Shown: piece after piece, positions 44,863-54,328 of the stretch
How the letters are laid out: the number at the start of each line of letters is the position of its first letter
How positions within the stretch are numbered: the stretch's first letter is position 1
Source of the DNA: Anaerolineales bacterium
Lineage (GTDB): Bacteria > Chloroflexota > Anaerolineae > Anaerolineales > Villigracilaceae
DNA length: 64,000 nt
Reading direction: 5' to 3'
Assembly: GCA_041287425.1 (NCBI GenBank)
Contig: JBEULG010000028.1
Coordinates: forward strand, 36,299-100,298
Program-made: the position numbers and the translations under genes
Notes under the pieces: generated by a model
The model's input: only the letters and a program-made list of their open reading frames with translations
Database searches by the model: none
Told to the model about the DNA's origin: nothing

Positions 44863-47800
44863 TCACTCCTCAGCCTTGTAGACGGGTAAGGTAAACGAGA
44901 AGGTGCTCCCCTCACCCGGAATCCCCTTGCTGGTCATCCAGATGCGGCCCTGGTGCATTTCGACCAGTTGCTGGACGATGGACAGGCCCAAGCCGGTGCC
45001 GGGCGTCTCCAACACCAGCGGGTGCTCACCGCGGAAGAAACGGTCGAAGATGCGTTCCTGGTCAGCCAGGTCAATGCCGATGCCGTTGTCCTGGACATCT
45101 ACCTGGACCTCTTCGCCTTCCTGATGGATGCGGATGTGAATCTGGCCGTTGGCCGGGGTGTAGTGGTAAGCGTTGTCCATCAGGTTGTCGAGGATTTGGC
45201 GGACGCGCTCCTCGTCGCCGCGCACGAAGGGCAGGTCGGGCGGGGCGTCGAGGCTGAGGCCCATCGGGCGGTTCTCCTCCTGGGAGCGGCGCAACACATC
45301 GGCGAGGACGTCTTCGGCGATCTGGCGCAGGTCGAGCGGCTGCATGCTCAGGGTGATGCGGCCGGCCTCGATGCGCGAGATGTCGAGCAGGTCGTTGACC
45401 AGGATGCTCAGGCGGTCGGTGTTGGCGCGGACGATTTCGAGGAAATGTGTCTGGGTCTCGTTCAAGGCGCCCGCCGCGCCCATCAGCAGGATATCCACAT
45501 ATCCTTTAATAGAAGTCATCGGCGTGCGCAACTCGTGGCTGACGGTGGCGACGAACTCGGACTTGAGACGGTCCACCTCGACCTCGTGGGTGATATCGCG
45601 GAAGATGGAGACCGTGCCGAGGAATTCGTTGCGCCAGATGACCGGCGCCAGATGGACCAAGACCACCCGTCCGTTTTCGAGGGTCAACTGTTCGGCGTAG
45701 GTATCGCCGACCTGGTAACTGGCCGGGTTCTCCGACCAGGTGTGGATGGTCTGCATCCAGGTCTGGGCCGCTTTGCCGAACAGACCGACGAAATTTTCGA
45801 GCGGCTGGCCGCGCACTTGCTCGCCTTGCAGGTTGAGGATGCGTTCGGTGGAGGAGTTGACAAAGGTAATTTTGTTGTCGGGGTCGGTGACCAGGACGCC
45901 GTCGGCGACGGCCTCCAGAATCGCTTGCTGGCGGCTGGCTTCGACCTGTTGGTTGCGCAACATGCTGCCCAAACGCTCGGCCTGGTCGCGAATCAGTTCA
46001 TACAGGTGAGCGTTGTTGATGGCGACGGCCACCTGTGAGCCGATGGCCTGCACCAGGTTCATGTGGTCGGAGGTAAAGTAGCCCACCTGGCGATGGAAGA
46101 CCATGATGGCGCCGATGACTTCTTCGCCGACGGTCAGCGGGGCGGCGATGACGCTGCGATGCTGGGGGGCATTGGAAGGCAGTTTGACCCAGCGCTTGTC
46201 CTTGCGGACATCCTCCAGCAAAACGCTCTGGCGGTTCTTGATGACCCAACCGGCCAGCCCTTCGCCGACTTTGAGCGGGGTCGGGCGGGGGCCTTCGGTC
46301 ATGACGGGGGTGACGTAGCCGTAGCCGGCGCGGTACTGGATGGTATTGTCCTCGGGGTTGACCATCAGGATGCTGCCCTGTTCGGCGCCGATGGCGTCGT
46401 TGAGCAGCGCCAGGGTGCGGTTGAGCGCCCGATCCAGGTCGAGGCTGGCCGAGACCTCGGTCAGGATGCGCAGCAGGGTTTCGGTGTTGCGTTGCTCGCG
46501 GGCCAGTTCGGCGGTGCGTTCGATGACGCGTTGCTCGAGTTCCTCCGCCAGGCGGCGGGTCTCGGCAAACAGACGGCCGTTCTGGATGGCCACGGCGGCC
46601 TGGTTGGCCAGGGTGCTCAAAATCTGCTGGTCATCTTCGGTGTAAACGTTCGGTGTGTAACTCTGGGCCGAGAGCATACCGATGACTTTGCCGCCCAGGA
46701 TGATAGGCACAGCAACGATGGAGCGTGGCTGGCCCTGGCCATAGGTGCGGCCCTCGAAATTCTGGACGGCAGCCACATCGGCAATCAAGAGCGGTTCGCC
46801 GCTGGAGATAATCCGTCCGCTGAGGCCCTGTCCATACGGCAGACGCATGTTCGGGGCGCGTCCTTTGGGGTCCATCAGATAGACGCCTTCAATTTCATTG
46901 GCCTGTTCATCCAACAGGGCGATGACGAAGGACTCGGCTTCCATCATCTGGGCAGCGGCGCGGTGGATGGCAGCGTAGATTTCCTCGGGGTCGAGGCTGA
47001 GGGCAATCTCGTAGGAGGCGCGGTTGATGGTGGCCAGTTGTTCGGCGCGCGAGACGGTATCCTGATACAGCCGGGCGCTTTCGAGGGCGATGGCGGCCTG
47101 GTTGCTGACGGTGCGGGCCAGTTCGATTTCGGTCGGGGTGAAGCGGTAAGCCTCGCCTATGTGAACGAACATCAACGCCCGCAGGCTGGCTCCGCTGATG
47201 AGCGGCAGAACGAGCAGGGAGCGGGTGCCTTTGAGCAGTTCGGCCAGCGGTTCGAGGTCGGCCTCGGCTTCTACGTTGTCGGTGCTGAAGACGCCCAGCG
47301 AATCGCGCAGCCGCTCGAAGAGCGGGGCAGGCGGCAAGTTGTGGGGACGGAAACGGGCCGGTTCGGGGACGACCAGCCGCAGCACGGCTTCGCCACCGCG
47401 CCCAAAGGTGACGACCGAGACGCGGCGCGCCGAGAGGGCCTGACGCAGTTCCTCGGCCGTCAGGCGCAGAATCTGTTCCTCGCTCAGCGAACCACTCAGT
47501 TCGGCCGAGAGGCGGTTGAGCAAAGCCAGGCGCTGCGAGCGCTGATCGAGTTCGGCGGCGCGGCGCAGACTCTCTTCGTATAGGCGGGCATTTTCGAGCG
47601 CCACCGCCGCCTGGCTGGCAAACGTCGTCGCCAGTTGGGTGTATTCGACGGTGTAGAAGTGGGGCTCGGTCTTCTCGAGGGCCAGGACGCCAATCACCTC
47701 GCCCTTGGAAACCAGCGGCACGCCCAGCCAGGAAAGGCGCTCGGCGGCAACCAGGGCAGGGAAGCGGGGGTCGGCGCGCACGTCGCCGACGACGATGCCC

Positions 47801-50800
47801 TGCGAGGTGGTAATCATCTCGGTCAGCAGAGCCGAATCCTCGACCGCCACCTCCAGGCCGAGGCGCTCCTCGTCATCGGGGAAGCCGCGCGCCGCCGCCA
47901 CGACCATGTTCTTGCCTCGCCGCAGCCAGAGAATGGCCGTGTCGTAGGGCAGGACGGTCTTCAACTGGTCGAGCAGGCTGGCAATCAGTTCGCTGGACTG
48001 CAGGCTGGCCGCCATCTCGGCCGAGACCTCGGTGAGAGCCTGCAATTGGCCGGCGCGCTCCTGCGAAGCCTGCACCAGGCGGACGTTTTCGAGCGAGAGC
48101 GCCACTTGCTGAGTCAACGATTGCAGCAGGTTCTCATCGTCGGCCGAGAAGGCCGCCGGGGTGTTGAAGTTGTCGAGCACCAGCAAGCCCAGGATGCGCT
48201 CGCCGGTCTGAATGGGAACCAGCAGGCTGGAGACCGGCAGGCGTCCGCCGGTGGCTTCGCGGTACAGGAGCAGGTTCTCAGCCGCCAGGTTGTAGTCGCG
48301 GGCAAAGTTGACTTCTTCGACCCGGCGCGCTTTGCGCGCTTCGAAGACCTGGCCGGGCAAGGCTTCGCCGGAACGGAATGAAATTTGCAGCAGGCTGTCG
48401 ATGGCGGCATAATTGGCGGCCACGACCGGGACGAGGACCTGTTCCTGTTCTTTCCAGATTAACACCGCCCCGGCATGGGCGGCGGTGACCACCCGCAGGG
48501 CGCTGTCGAGCAGGGATTTGAGGATACTCTGCGGGTCGAGGCCGCTCAACTGGCGGCTGAAGTCGAGCAGGAGGTTGACTTCGCGCAGACGCCGGCGGGT
48601 TTCGGTCAGCAGGCTGATGTTTTGCAGGATGATGGAAACCTGACGGGCAATCTGATAATAGACCTGGCGGTCCTCCTCGGTCAGGGGAGGCATCGGCTCG
48701 AGGCTGATGGCCAGCACCCCCGCCACCGGTTTGTCGTCAATCAGGATGGGCAGGCAGATGAATCCTTTGGCATGCAGACTGCTGAGCAGGGGCGTATCTC
48801 GCCAGGTATCATCTTCCTCCAGATTCGTGACCAGCAGAGTTTCGCCTGTCTGCAGGCTGTAGCGCAGCGGGTTACGCTGGCCAAAGAGCGCCTCGGGGCT
48901 GGTGCCGCGCGGGATGTTGCCCAAGACATGCAGCAGCCGCGCTCCCTCCTCGGTGTTCTCGGCGACGATGGAGATGTGCATCTCCAGATGGGTCAGGATT
49001 TCGCGCCCCAGCGCCTGGAGGGCCGAGGGGCCGTCCACCTGGCGGTTGATGGTCTCGGTGATTTCCAATCCGGCGCGGATGCGGCGGCTGCGCCGCTCCA
49101 GGTTGCGGATGGCGATCATCTGCTCCAGGTCTTTGTGTAGCAGAACGGGCAGGTGGGTCTGGCTGATGGCCAGCAATTGCTGCTGGCGCTCCAGGCTGGT
49201 GGAGAGGGTCTCGACCTGGTTGCGGTAAGAGTTGAGACGGTGGACGCTTTGGATGAGCAGGGCAGCCTGGGCGGCGAAGATTTCGACCGTCTCGAGGGTG
49301 TTGCGGTTGGGGCGCAGGCCGTCGCGGGGCGCGTCCAGGCTGATGATTCCGATGGTGGCCCCTTCGTCGTCTTTGAGCGGGTAGAAGAGGGCATCTTCGG
49401 GGTGCCAGGCGTTGGGGGCCTGGGCGGTCGGCTCGCGCATGATGGTGACGATTTGAACGTCTTGCGAGAGGAGCGGGCGCTGGTCGTGCGGGATGAGGTA
49501 GCCCTCGCCGACCTTGAATTCGGGGCGCATCAACTGTTCGAGGGCCGAGTAGGGCTGCTGGCGGGCCTTCATCATGTTCAGGGTTTCGAGCGGCATGCCC
49601 ACCCCGGCGACGCGCCGCTGCATGCCGGTCTCTTTGTCCACCACGCTGATGAGCACCACCTGGAAGGGGGTCGCTTCCTGAATGCCGTAAGCCAGCGCCT
49701 CGAGCGATTCTTCCAGCGGACGGTCGAGGCCGATTTCGCGCGTGGTTTCGAAGAGTTTGGACAGCGTCTCGGCGCGCTGACGGAGCAGTTCGTTGCGGCT
49801 CACCTGTTCCTGATAGCGCTGGGCGTTGCCCAGGGCAATCGCCGCCTGGACGGCCAGGGTCATGATGATGTCCAGGGCCACCTGGTCGAAACGGTGGGGT
49901 TCGAAGGCATGCAAGTGAATCAGGCCGGCGGTTTTGCCCTGATAAGCAATGGGGACCACCAGAGCCGAAAGGACGCCCTCGTGCGCCGGCGAGTCGGCGC
50001 TTTGAGAGAAATCATCCACCAGGCGCGGCTCGCCGCGTTCGATGACCTCCCGCTCGAGGGGCGAGAGTTGCGCCGCCGGTTCATCTCCCAGGTGGAAGAC
50101 CGGGCGCGGATCGGCCTGCGAGGGGGCGTTCATGTCGAACAACAGGATGGTGCCGCAATCGGCGCGGGTGGTCCGCAGGCTTTCATCGTAGACCACCTGG
50201 AGCAAATACTGCCAGTCGAGGGTGGTGTTCAGTTCGCGGCCGATGCGGGTCATGGCCGTCAACTGGTCGACGCGCCGGCGCAGGCTCTCGTCGGTCTGTG
50301 AGGAGAGCGAGGCCCCCTCTACCGCGGCGGCCAGTTGCCCGGCAGCAGTCGAGACGACCTGTAAATCGTAATTGTTGAAGAAGTCGGCCTTCTTGCTGGC
50401 CAGCATCAGTTCCCCCAGGCTGCGCTCGCGCACGATGAGGGGAACGATGATGACCGATTCCATCTTCAACTTGTCCACCAGCGGCCGATAGACAGACAGC
50501 AGCCGCTCGTCGGCCGAGAGGTTGCTCGACAGGAAGGAGCGCTGGCTGCCCGTGACGGTGAAATGGAATTGGGGGTCATCCACATAGATGCGGCTGAAGG
50601 AGTCCACCGCTTCGGCCGAGACGCCGAAGAGCGAATCCAGGTGCAGGCGCGAGATGCCCTGGGCTTCGTTCAACAGGAAGACCGCCCCCATGTCGGCCTG
50701 AATCAGACGGGCCAGTTCCTGAACGGTATAGCGCAGCATCTCATCGGCGGTGGCCGAGGAACTCGTCAGGCTGGCGATGCGGCGCAGGGCCTCGGCGCGC

Positions 50801-52302
50801 TGGGCGCGTTGACGCGCTTGCTGCACCAGGGCGACGTTGTCGATGATGGGCGCCGTCTGGTTGGCGATGATGTTGAGCAAACGCATCTCGTCGGACGAAA
50901 ATGCACTCTCCCGGACGCGGTGATTGGCGATTTGCAGGAAACCGAGCGAACGTCCCGCCGAGACGAGGGGGATGAGGGCGACATCGCGCCAGGAAGCGGC
51001 CCGGGCAAAATCCTGGAAGCCCATCTCCCGCCAGAGTTCATCCTCCTGGGCGTTGCGGGTGATGAGCGCCTCGCGGCTGAGCAGGCGCTCCTCGAGCACG
51101 CCGCCGGCCGGGACGGGCAGGCGGTACAGGTCCACGAATTGGGCCGGCATGCCGATGAACGGCACCTGTCCCTCCAGCGAGCGGCGGCTCTCGTTGTAGA
51201 GGAGAAAGCCAAGCACCTGGACGTCCAGCAGCGGGGCGACGCTCTGCACCAGGCGGGTGAAGAGGTCGCGCGGGTCGCGGGTGGCGCCAATCGCCTGCGC
51301 CAGGTTGGCCAGGCCGCTCAACTCGGCGGTGCGGCGTTGTTCGTCTTCGAGCAATTGGGCGTTGCGCAAGGCGACGGCAGCCTGACCGGCAATCAACTGC
51401 AGGATGTCCATGTCCTCGCGCGAGAAGGCCTCGGCGCTGGCCAGCCCGACCGACAGAGTGCCCACTACCTCGTTCTGGATGAGGAGCGGCAGACCGATGT
51501 AGGAGCGGACGGGGGCTTGCTCTTCGCCCTCCTCGTAGGGAATCTCGGCGTAGGCACGCGTGTCTGGGATGAACAAGGGCTTGCGCTGTTCGAGCAGGTA
51601 AGCCGTATAACCCGTCGCCGGGCGCGGCAAACTCTTCTCGAGGGAGGCGGCGGCGCGAGGTCCGCTGGCGAAGCGGTAGACGACGACCTTGGCGTCGGCG
51701 GCGTTCCACAAGCCGACCTCCAGCAGGTCGGCCGGCACGAGACGCTGGACGTTTTCCATCAAGGTCTGGATGGTGGCCGTCAAGCCCCGGCTGACTGCCA
51801 GGCTCTGGCTGAACTCGGTCAGGATTTTGAGGGCCGAGCCGGAAACCTCGGCCGACTCGGGGGCGAGGGCAGAGGCGACGTCGACCCGGCGCAGGCTGAC
51901 CAGCAGGGCGGGAGTCGGGCCGGGGATGGCATAGGAGATGCCGTCCACCGGCCGGCCGTTGATGGAGAAGCGCGCCCAGCCCTCGGCGGCGCACAATTTC
52001 AAGAAATCCTCGCTGGGGCGGATACGCCGGGCCAGCAGTTCGAGGTTGGGCAGTTCTCCCTCGCGCAGGTTGAAATATTGCTGGGCCAGGCGGTTCATGT
52101 ATCCCACCCGTCCGCCAGCCTGCACCAGCAAGACGGCGTAATCATGCCCTCCCTGGTCAGGCAGGAAGGGCAGGAAGGAGGCCTTGGGGAGAGGCCGGTG
52201 CAGGCGGGGAATCAAACGCGCCAAGCCCCAGACCAGGAAAAAGAAGAGAAACCCGGTCAGGAGCAGGCCGATTCCCAGCAACACCGACTGCCCGGAAAAC
52301 AT
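44863..52302 (-). CDS. Giant (2479 aa) membrane-anchored sensor histidine kinase: about 11 tandem GAF domains, PAS, HisKA, HATPase_c
   Basis: N-terminal transmembrane segment. Recurrent GAF-like modules are separated by coiled-coil linkers (LLEDEQRRTAEL, LYEESLRRAAEL, LFAETRRLAEEL and others). H-box VSHELRTPMTSI. N/G boxes DNLMDNAYHYT, DNGIGI, GTGLGLSIV. The GAF count is a by-eye estimate. Confidence 0.9.
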   Translation of the reverse strand: MFSGQSVLLGIGLLLTGFLFFFLVWGLARLIPRLHRPLPKASFLPFLPDQGGHDYAVLLVQAGGRVGYMNRLAQQYFNLREGELPNLELLARRIRPSEDFLKLCAAEGWARFSINGRPVDGISYAIPGPTPALLVSLRRVDVASALAPESAEVSGSALKILTEFSQSLAVSRGLTATIQTLMENVQRLVPADLLEVGLWNAADAKVVVYRFASGPRAAASLEKSLPRPATGYTAYLLEQRKPLFIPDTRAYAEIPYEEGEEQAPVRSYIGLPLLIQNEVVGTLSVGLASAEAFSREDMDILQLIAGQAAVALRNAQLLEDEQRRTAELSGLANLAQAIGATRDPRDLFTRLVQSVAPLLDVQVLGFLLYNESRRSLEGQVPFIGMPAQFVDLYRLPVPAGGVLEERLLSREALITRNAQEDELWREMGFQDFARAASWRDVALIPLVSAGRSLGFLQIANHRVRESAFSSDEMRLLNIIANQTAPIIDNVALVQQARQRAQRAEALRRIASLTSSSATADEMLRYTVQELARLIQADMGAVFLLNEAQGISRLHLDSLFGVSAEAVDSFSRIYVDDPQFHFTVTGSQRSFLSSNLSADERLLSVYRPLVDKLKMESVIIVPLIVRERSLGELMLASKKADFFNNYDLQVVSTAAGQLAAAVEGASLSSQTDESLRRRVDQLTAMTRIGRELNTTLDWQYLLQVVYDESLRTTRADCGTILLFDMNAPSQADPRPVFHLGDEPAAQLSPLEREVIERGEPRLVDDFSQSADSPAHEGVLSALVVPIAYQGKTAGLIHLHAFEPHRFDQVALDIIMTLAVQAAIALGNAQRYQEQVSRNELLRQRAETLSKLFETTREIGLDRPLEESLEALAYGIQEATPFQVVLISVVDKETGMQRRVAGVGMPLETLNMMKARQQPYSALEQLMRPEFKVGEGYLIPHDQRPLLSQDVQIVTIMREPTAQAPNAWHPEDALFYPLKDDEGATIGIISLDAPRDGLRPNRNTLETVEIFAAQAALLIQSVHRLNSYRNQVETLSTSLERQQQLLAISQTHLPVLLHKDLEQMIAIRNLERRSRRIRAGLEITETINRQVDGPSALQALGREILTHLEMHISIVAENTEEGARLLHVLGNIPRGTSPEALFGQRNPLRYSLQTGETLLVTNLEEDDTWRDTPLLSSLHAKGFICLPILIDDKPVAGVLAISLEPMPPLTEEDRQVYYQIARQVSIILQNISLLTETRRRLREVNLLLDFSRQLSGLDPQSILKSLLDSALRVVTAAHAGAVLIWKEQEQVLVPVVAANYAAIDSLLQISFRSGEALPGQVFEARKARRVEEVNFARDYNLAAENLLLYREATGGRLPVSSLLVPIQTGERILGLLVLDNFNTPAAFSADDENLLQSLTQQVALSLENVRLVQASQERAGQLQALTEVSAEMAASLQSSELIASLLDQLKTVLPYDTAILWLRRGKNMVVAAARGFPDDEERLGLEVAVEDSALLTEMITTSQGIVVGDVRADPRFPALVAAERLSWLGVPLVSKGEVIGVLALEKTEPHFYTVEYTQLATTFASQAAVALENARLYEESLRRAAELDQRSQRLALLNRLSAELSGSLSEEQILRLTAEELRQALSARRVSVVTFGRGGEAVLRLVVPEPARFRPHNLPPAPLFERLRDSLGVFSTDNVEAEADLEPLAELLKGTRSLLVLPLISGASLRALMFVHIGEAYRFTPTEIELARTVSNQAAIALESARLYQDTVSRAEQLATINRASYEIALSLDPEEIYAAIHRAAAQMMEAESFVIALLDEQANEIEGVYLMDPKGRAPNMRLPYGQGLSGRIISSGEPLLIADVAAVQNFEGRTYGQGQPRSIVAVPIILGGKVIGMLSAQSYTPNVYTEDDQQILSTLANQAAVAIQNGRLFAETRRLAEELEQRVIERTAELAREQRNTETLLRILTEVSASLDLDRALNRTLALLNDAIGAEQGSILMVNPEDNTIQYRAGYGYVTPVMTEGPRPTPLKVGEGLAGWVIKNRQSVLLEDVRKDKRWVKLPSNAPQHRSVIAAPLTVGEEVIGAIMVFHRQVGYFTSDHMNLVQAIGSQVAVAINNAHLYELIRDQAERLGSMLRNQQVEASRQQAILEAVADGVLVTDPDNKITFVNSSTERILNLQGEQVRGQPLENFVGLFGKAAQTWMQTIHTWSENPASYQVGDTYAEQLTLENGRVVLVHLAPVIWRNEFLGTVSIFRDITHEVEVDRLKSEFVATVSHELRTPMTSIKGYVDILLMGAAGALNETQTHFLEIVRANTDRLSILVNDLLDISRIEAGRITLSMQPLDLRQIAEDVLADVLRRSQEENRPMGLSLDAPPDLPFVRGDEERVRQILDNLMDNAYHYTPANGQIHIRIHQEGEEVQVDVQDNGIGIDLADQERIFDRFFRGEHPLVLETPGTGLGLSIVQQLVEMHQGRIWMTSKGIPGEGSTFSFTLPVYKAEE

Positions 52303-52311
52303 AGGCGAGGA

Positions 52312-53220
52312 TTATCCTTTGGTCGGCAGAGGCGGCATATCCTGACGGCGCACCTCGGCGGCCAGTTCGGTAATCTCGCGGATATCGGCAAAAGTCTGTT
52401 CTTTGGGCGTGACGATTCCCACCGAGAGGGTCATCAAGGGCGTCTTTTCGGTCACGCCGCCGGGGCCAGAGGTCAGAATATATCCCTGCTGGCGGTCGAT
52501 GAAGTTGTAGTGCGTCAGCACTTCCTCGGCGAAGCGCGCCTTGAGGCGTTGACGGATGTTCTCGGCCGCGCTCTCGGAGGTGATGATGATGAAATTGTCG
52601 CCGCCAGCATGGCCGATGAAGTCGGTGGCATTGCCGAGTTCGTCCACCACTTCGCCCATCAGCATGGCGGTGAAGCGCAGGACGTCATCGCCGGCCACGA
52701 AGCCATAGACATCGTTGAACTGCGAAAAGTAATTGATGCGGATGTCCATGTACGCCCAGCCGCCCTGGCGGATGGTCTGCCGCAATTGTTCCTCGATCAG
52801 GCGGCCGGCCGGCAGGCCAGAACGCGGGTCGGTCAGCGCCTCGCGCTCGGCGCGGCGGATGGCGCCCTGGACGCGCAGTTTCAGTTCCTCGATGTCGAAG
52901 GGCTTGGTGATGTAATCATCCGCACCCAGTTCGAGGCCCTGCAACTTGTCGCTGCGCTCGTCCTTCTGCGTGAGGAAAATCACCGGGATGTGGCTGGTGC
53001 GCGTGTTCGTCCGCAGGGTGCGGCAAACCTCGTAGCCATCAATGTCTGGCAGCATGATGTCCAGCACGATGAGATGAGGCAAGACCTGACGCGTCTTTTC
53101 GAGGGCGTCGGCCCCCCGCGGGGCCACGTCCACGTCGTAGCCCAGCCCGCTGAAGTAAATCTTCAGCATATTGGAGATGTCATGATCATCTTCGACGACC
53201 AACAGGCGAGATTTTCCCAT
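52312..53220 (-). CDS. Response regulator with a GGDEF-like domain carrying GGDNF
   Basis: Canonical REC (LLVVEDDHD, IVLDIMLPDIDG, ITKPF), then a GGDEF-fold region: DPRSGLPAGR..YMDIRINYFSQFNDVYGFVAGDDVL..IGHAGGDNFIIIT. Confidence 0.85.
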   Translation of the reverse strand: MGKSRLLVVEDDHDISNMLKIYFSGLGYDVDVAPRGADALEKTRQVLPHLIVLDIMLPDIDGYEVCRTLRTNTRTSHIPVIFLTQKDERSDKLQGLELGADDYITKPFDIEELKLRVQGAIRRAEREALTDPRSGLPAGRLIEEQLRQTIRQGGWAYMDIRINYFSQFNDVYGFVAGDDVLRFTAMLMGEVVDELGNATDFIGHAGGDNFIIITSESAAENIRQRLKARFAEEVLTHYNFIDRQQGYILTSGPGGVTEKTPLMTLSVGIVTPKEQTFADIREITELAAEVRRQDMPPLPTKG

Positions 53221-53232
53221 AGTGCCTCCCGT

Positions 53233-54324
53233 TCAACTGCGAATACGGCGGGCTTGGCGCGCCGCCTGGCGTATGGCCTGAATCTGTTCTTCTGTCACTG
53301 CGCGCTCGAAGGAGCGGAAACCGCTCAGGCGGAAGCCGTGCTTGGCCGCCAGGGCGGAAATCTCCTCGACTCGTTCACGCGCGATGTTTTTGCCCAAAGT
53401 GTAATCCTCGAAACGGCCCTCCAGGGCCAGCGTCATCGTCTCCGCCATACAGGCATAGGCCTTGCCCGGCGGGAAACCGAAGTTAAAGTGGAAGTCGACG
53501 GGTCCCGGCACATCCACCATGCCGCCGTCTATCACTAATATATCATGTCTGACCGCTGCCACCATTGCAGAAACGTCACGAGGGCGGGCCACATCGCACA
53601 CCACGCTGCCCGGCTGGAGGTGCTCTGGATAGATGAGCTCGTGCACGGCGCTGGTGACAGTCAGAATCAACTGCGCCTGGGCGATGTCGTTGACGCGCGT
53701 GCTCGTCCGCAGGGCAGCCCGGCCGGGACCCTGCAACTGTTCGCGCAGGGCTTCGAGCGTCTCCTGGCGGCGGCCGATGAGAATCAACTCGGCTACATCG
53801 TCGGCCAACAGGTCGGCACAAACCCGGCCGATCGAGCCGGTTGCGCCGACCACGGCAGCCGTCGCCTGGCGGAGGGGAATCTCCATCACGCGCGCCGCCT
53901 CGCGCACGGCTGCGACGGCGATTGCCACCGTGTACGAATCGCCGGTTGTGACGGGGATGTCGAGCGCCCGGGCAATCGTCAGGCCGGCATCGCCGATGAC
54001 GGAGGTGAAGGCACCCAGCCCCAGGATTTGGGCGCCGAGTCTTTCTGCAAGGCGGCCCGTCTGAATAATCTTACGATAAACTGTCTGTTCGCGCAACTCC
54101 ATCATGCGGCGCGGTGTATAGGGGCAGGCGATGAACCAGCCGCGAATCTCCTTGCCGGTCGCCTGCGAGGTGATGCCGGTAATCTCGGAAATATAGACGG
54201 GCGGGAAAAAAGTCGAAAAGAAATCTATCTGCCGCTCGCTGAGCAGGCGGCCAAGCAGGGGGAATTTCCGACTGACATCCCGCTTGGGATCAATCGGGTG
54301 GATGATGAAGGCAAAGGTGTCCAC
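53233..54324 (-). CDS. Acyl-ACP-reductase (cyanobacterial AAR)-like NAD(P)-dependent oxidoreductase
   Basis: Blocks align by eye with AAR: FAFIIHP.., LGAFTSVIGD, VTTGDSYT, ATAAVVGATGSIGRVCADLL, and YACMAETMTLALEG (Cys at the AAR catalytic-Cys position). Confidence 0.7.
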   Translation of the reverse strand: MDTFAFIIHPIDPKRDVSRKFPLLGRLLSERQIDFFSTFFPPVYISEITGITSQATGKEIRGWFIACPYTPRRMMELREQTVYRKIIQTGRLAERLGAQILGLGAFTSVIGDAGLTIARALDIPVTTGDSYTVAIAVAAVREAARVMEIPLRQATAAVVGATGSIGRVCADLLADDVAELILIGRRQETLEALREQLQGPGRAALRTSTRVNDIAQAQLILTVTSAVHELIYPEHLQPGSVVCDVARPRDVSAMVAAVRHDILVIDGGMVDVPGPVDFHFNFGFPPGKAYACMAETMTLALEGRFEDYTLGKNIARERVEEISALAAKHGFRLSGFRSFERAVTEEQIQAIRQAARQARRIRS

Positions 54325-54328
54325 GCGT

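Noticed and set aside
50563-53538. 991-aa plus-strand ORF
   Set aside because: It lies antisense to the giant histidine kinase, the REC-GGDNF gene and the AAR-like gene. It has the same Gly/Arg/Ala-rich composition and no motifs.
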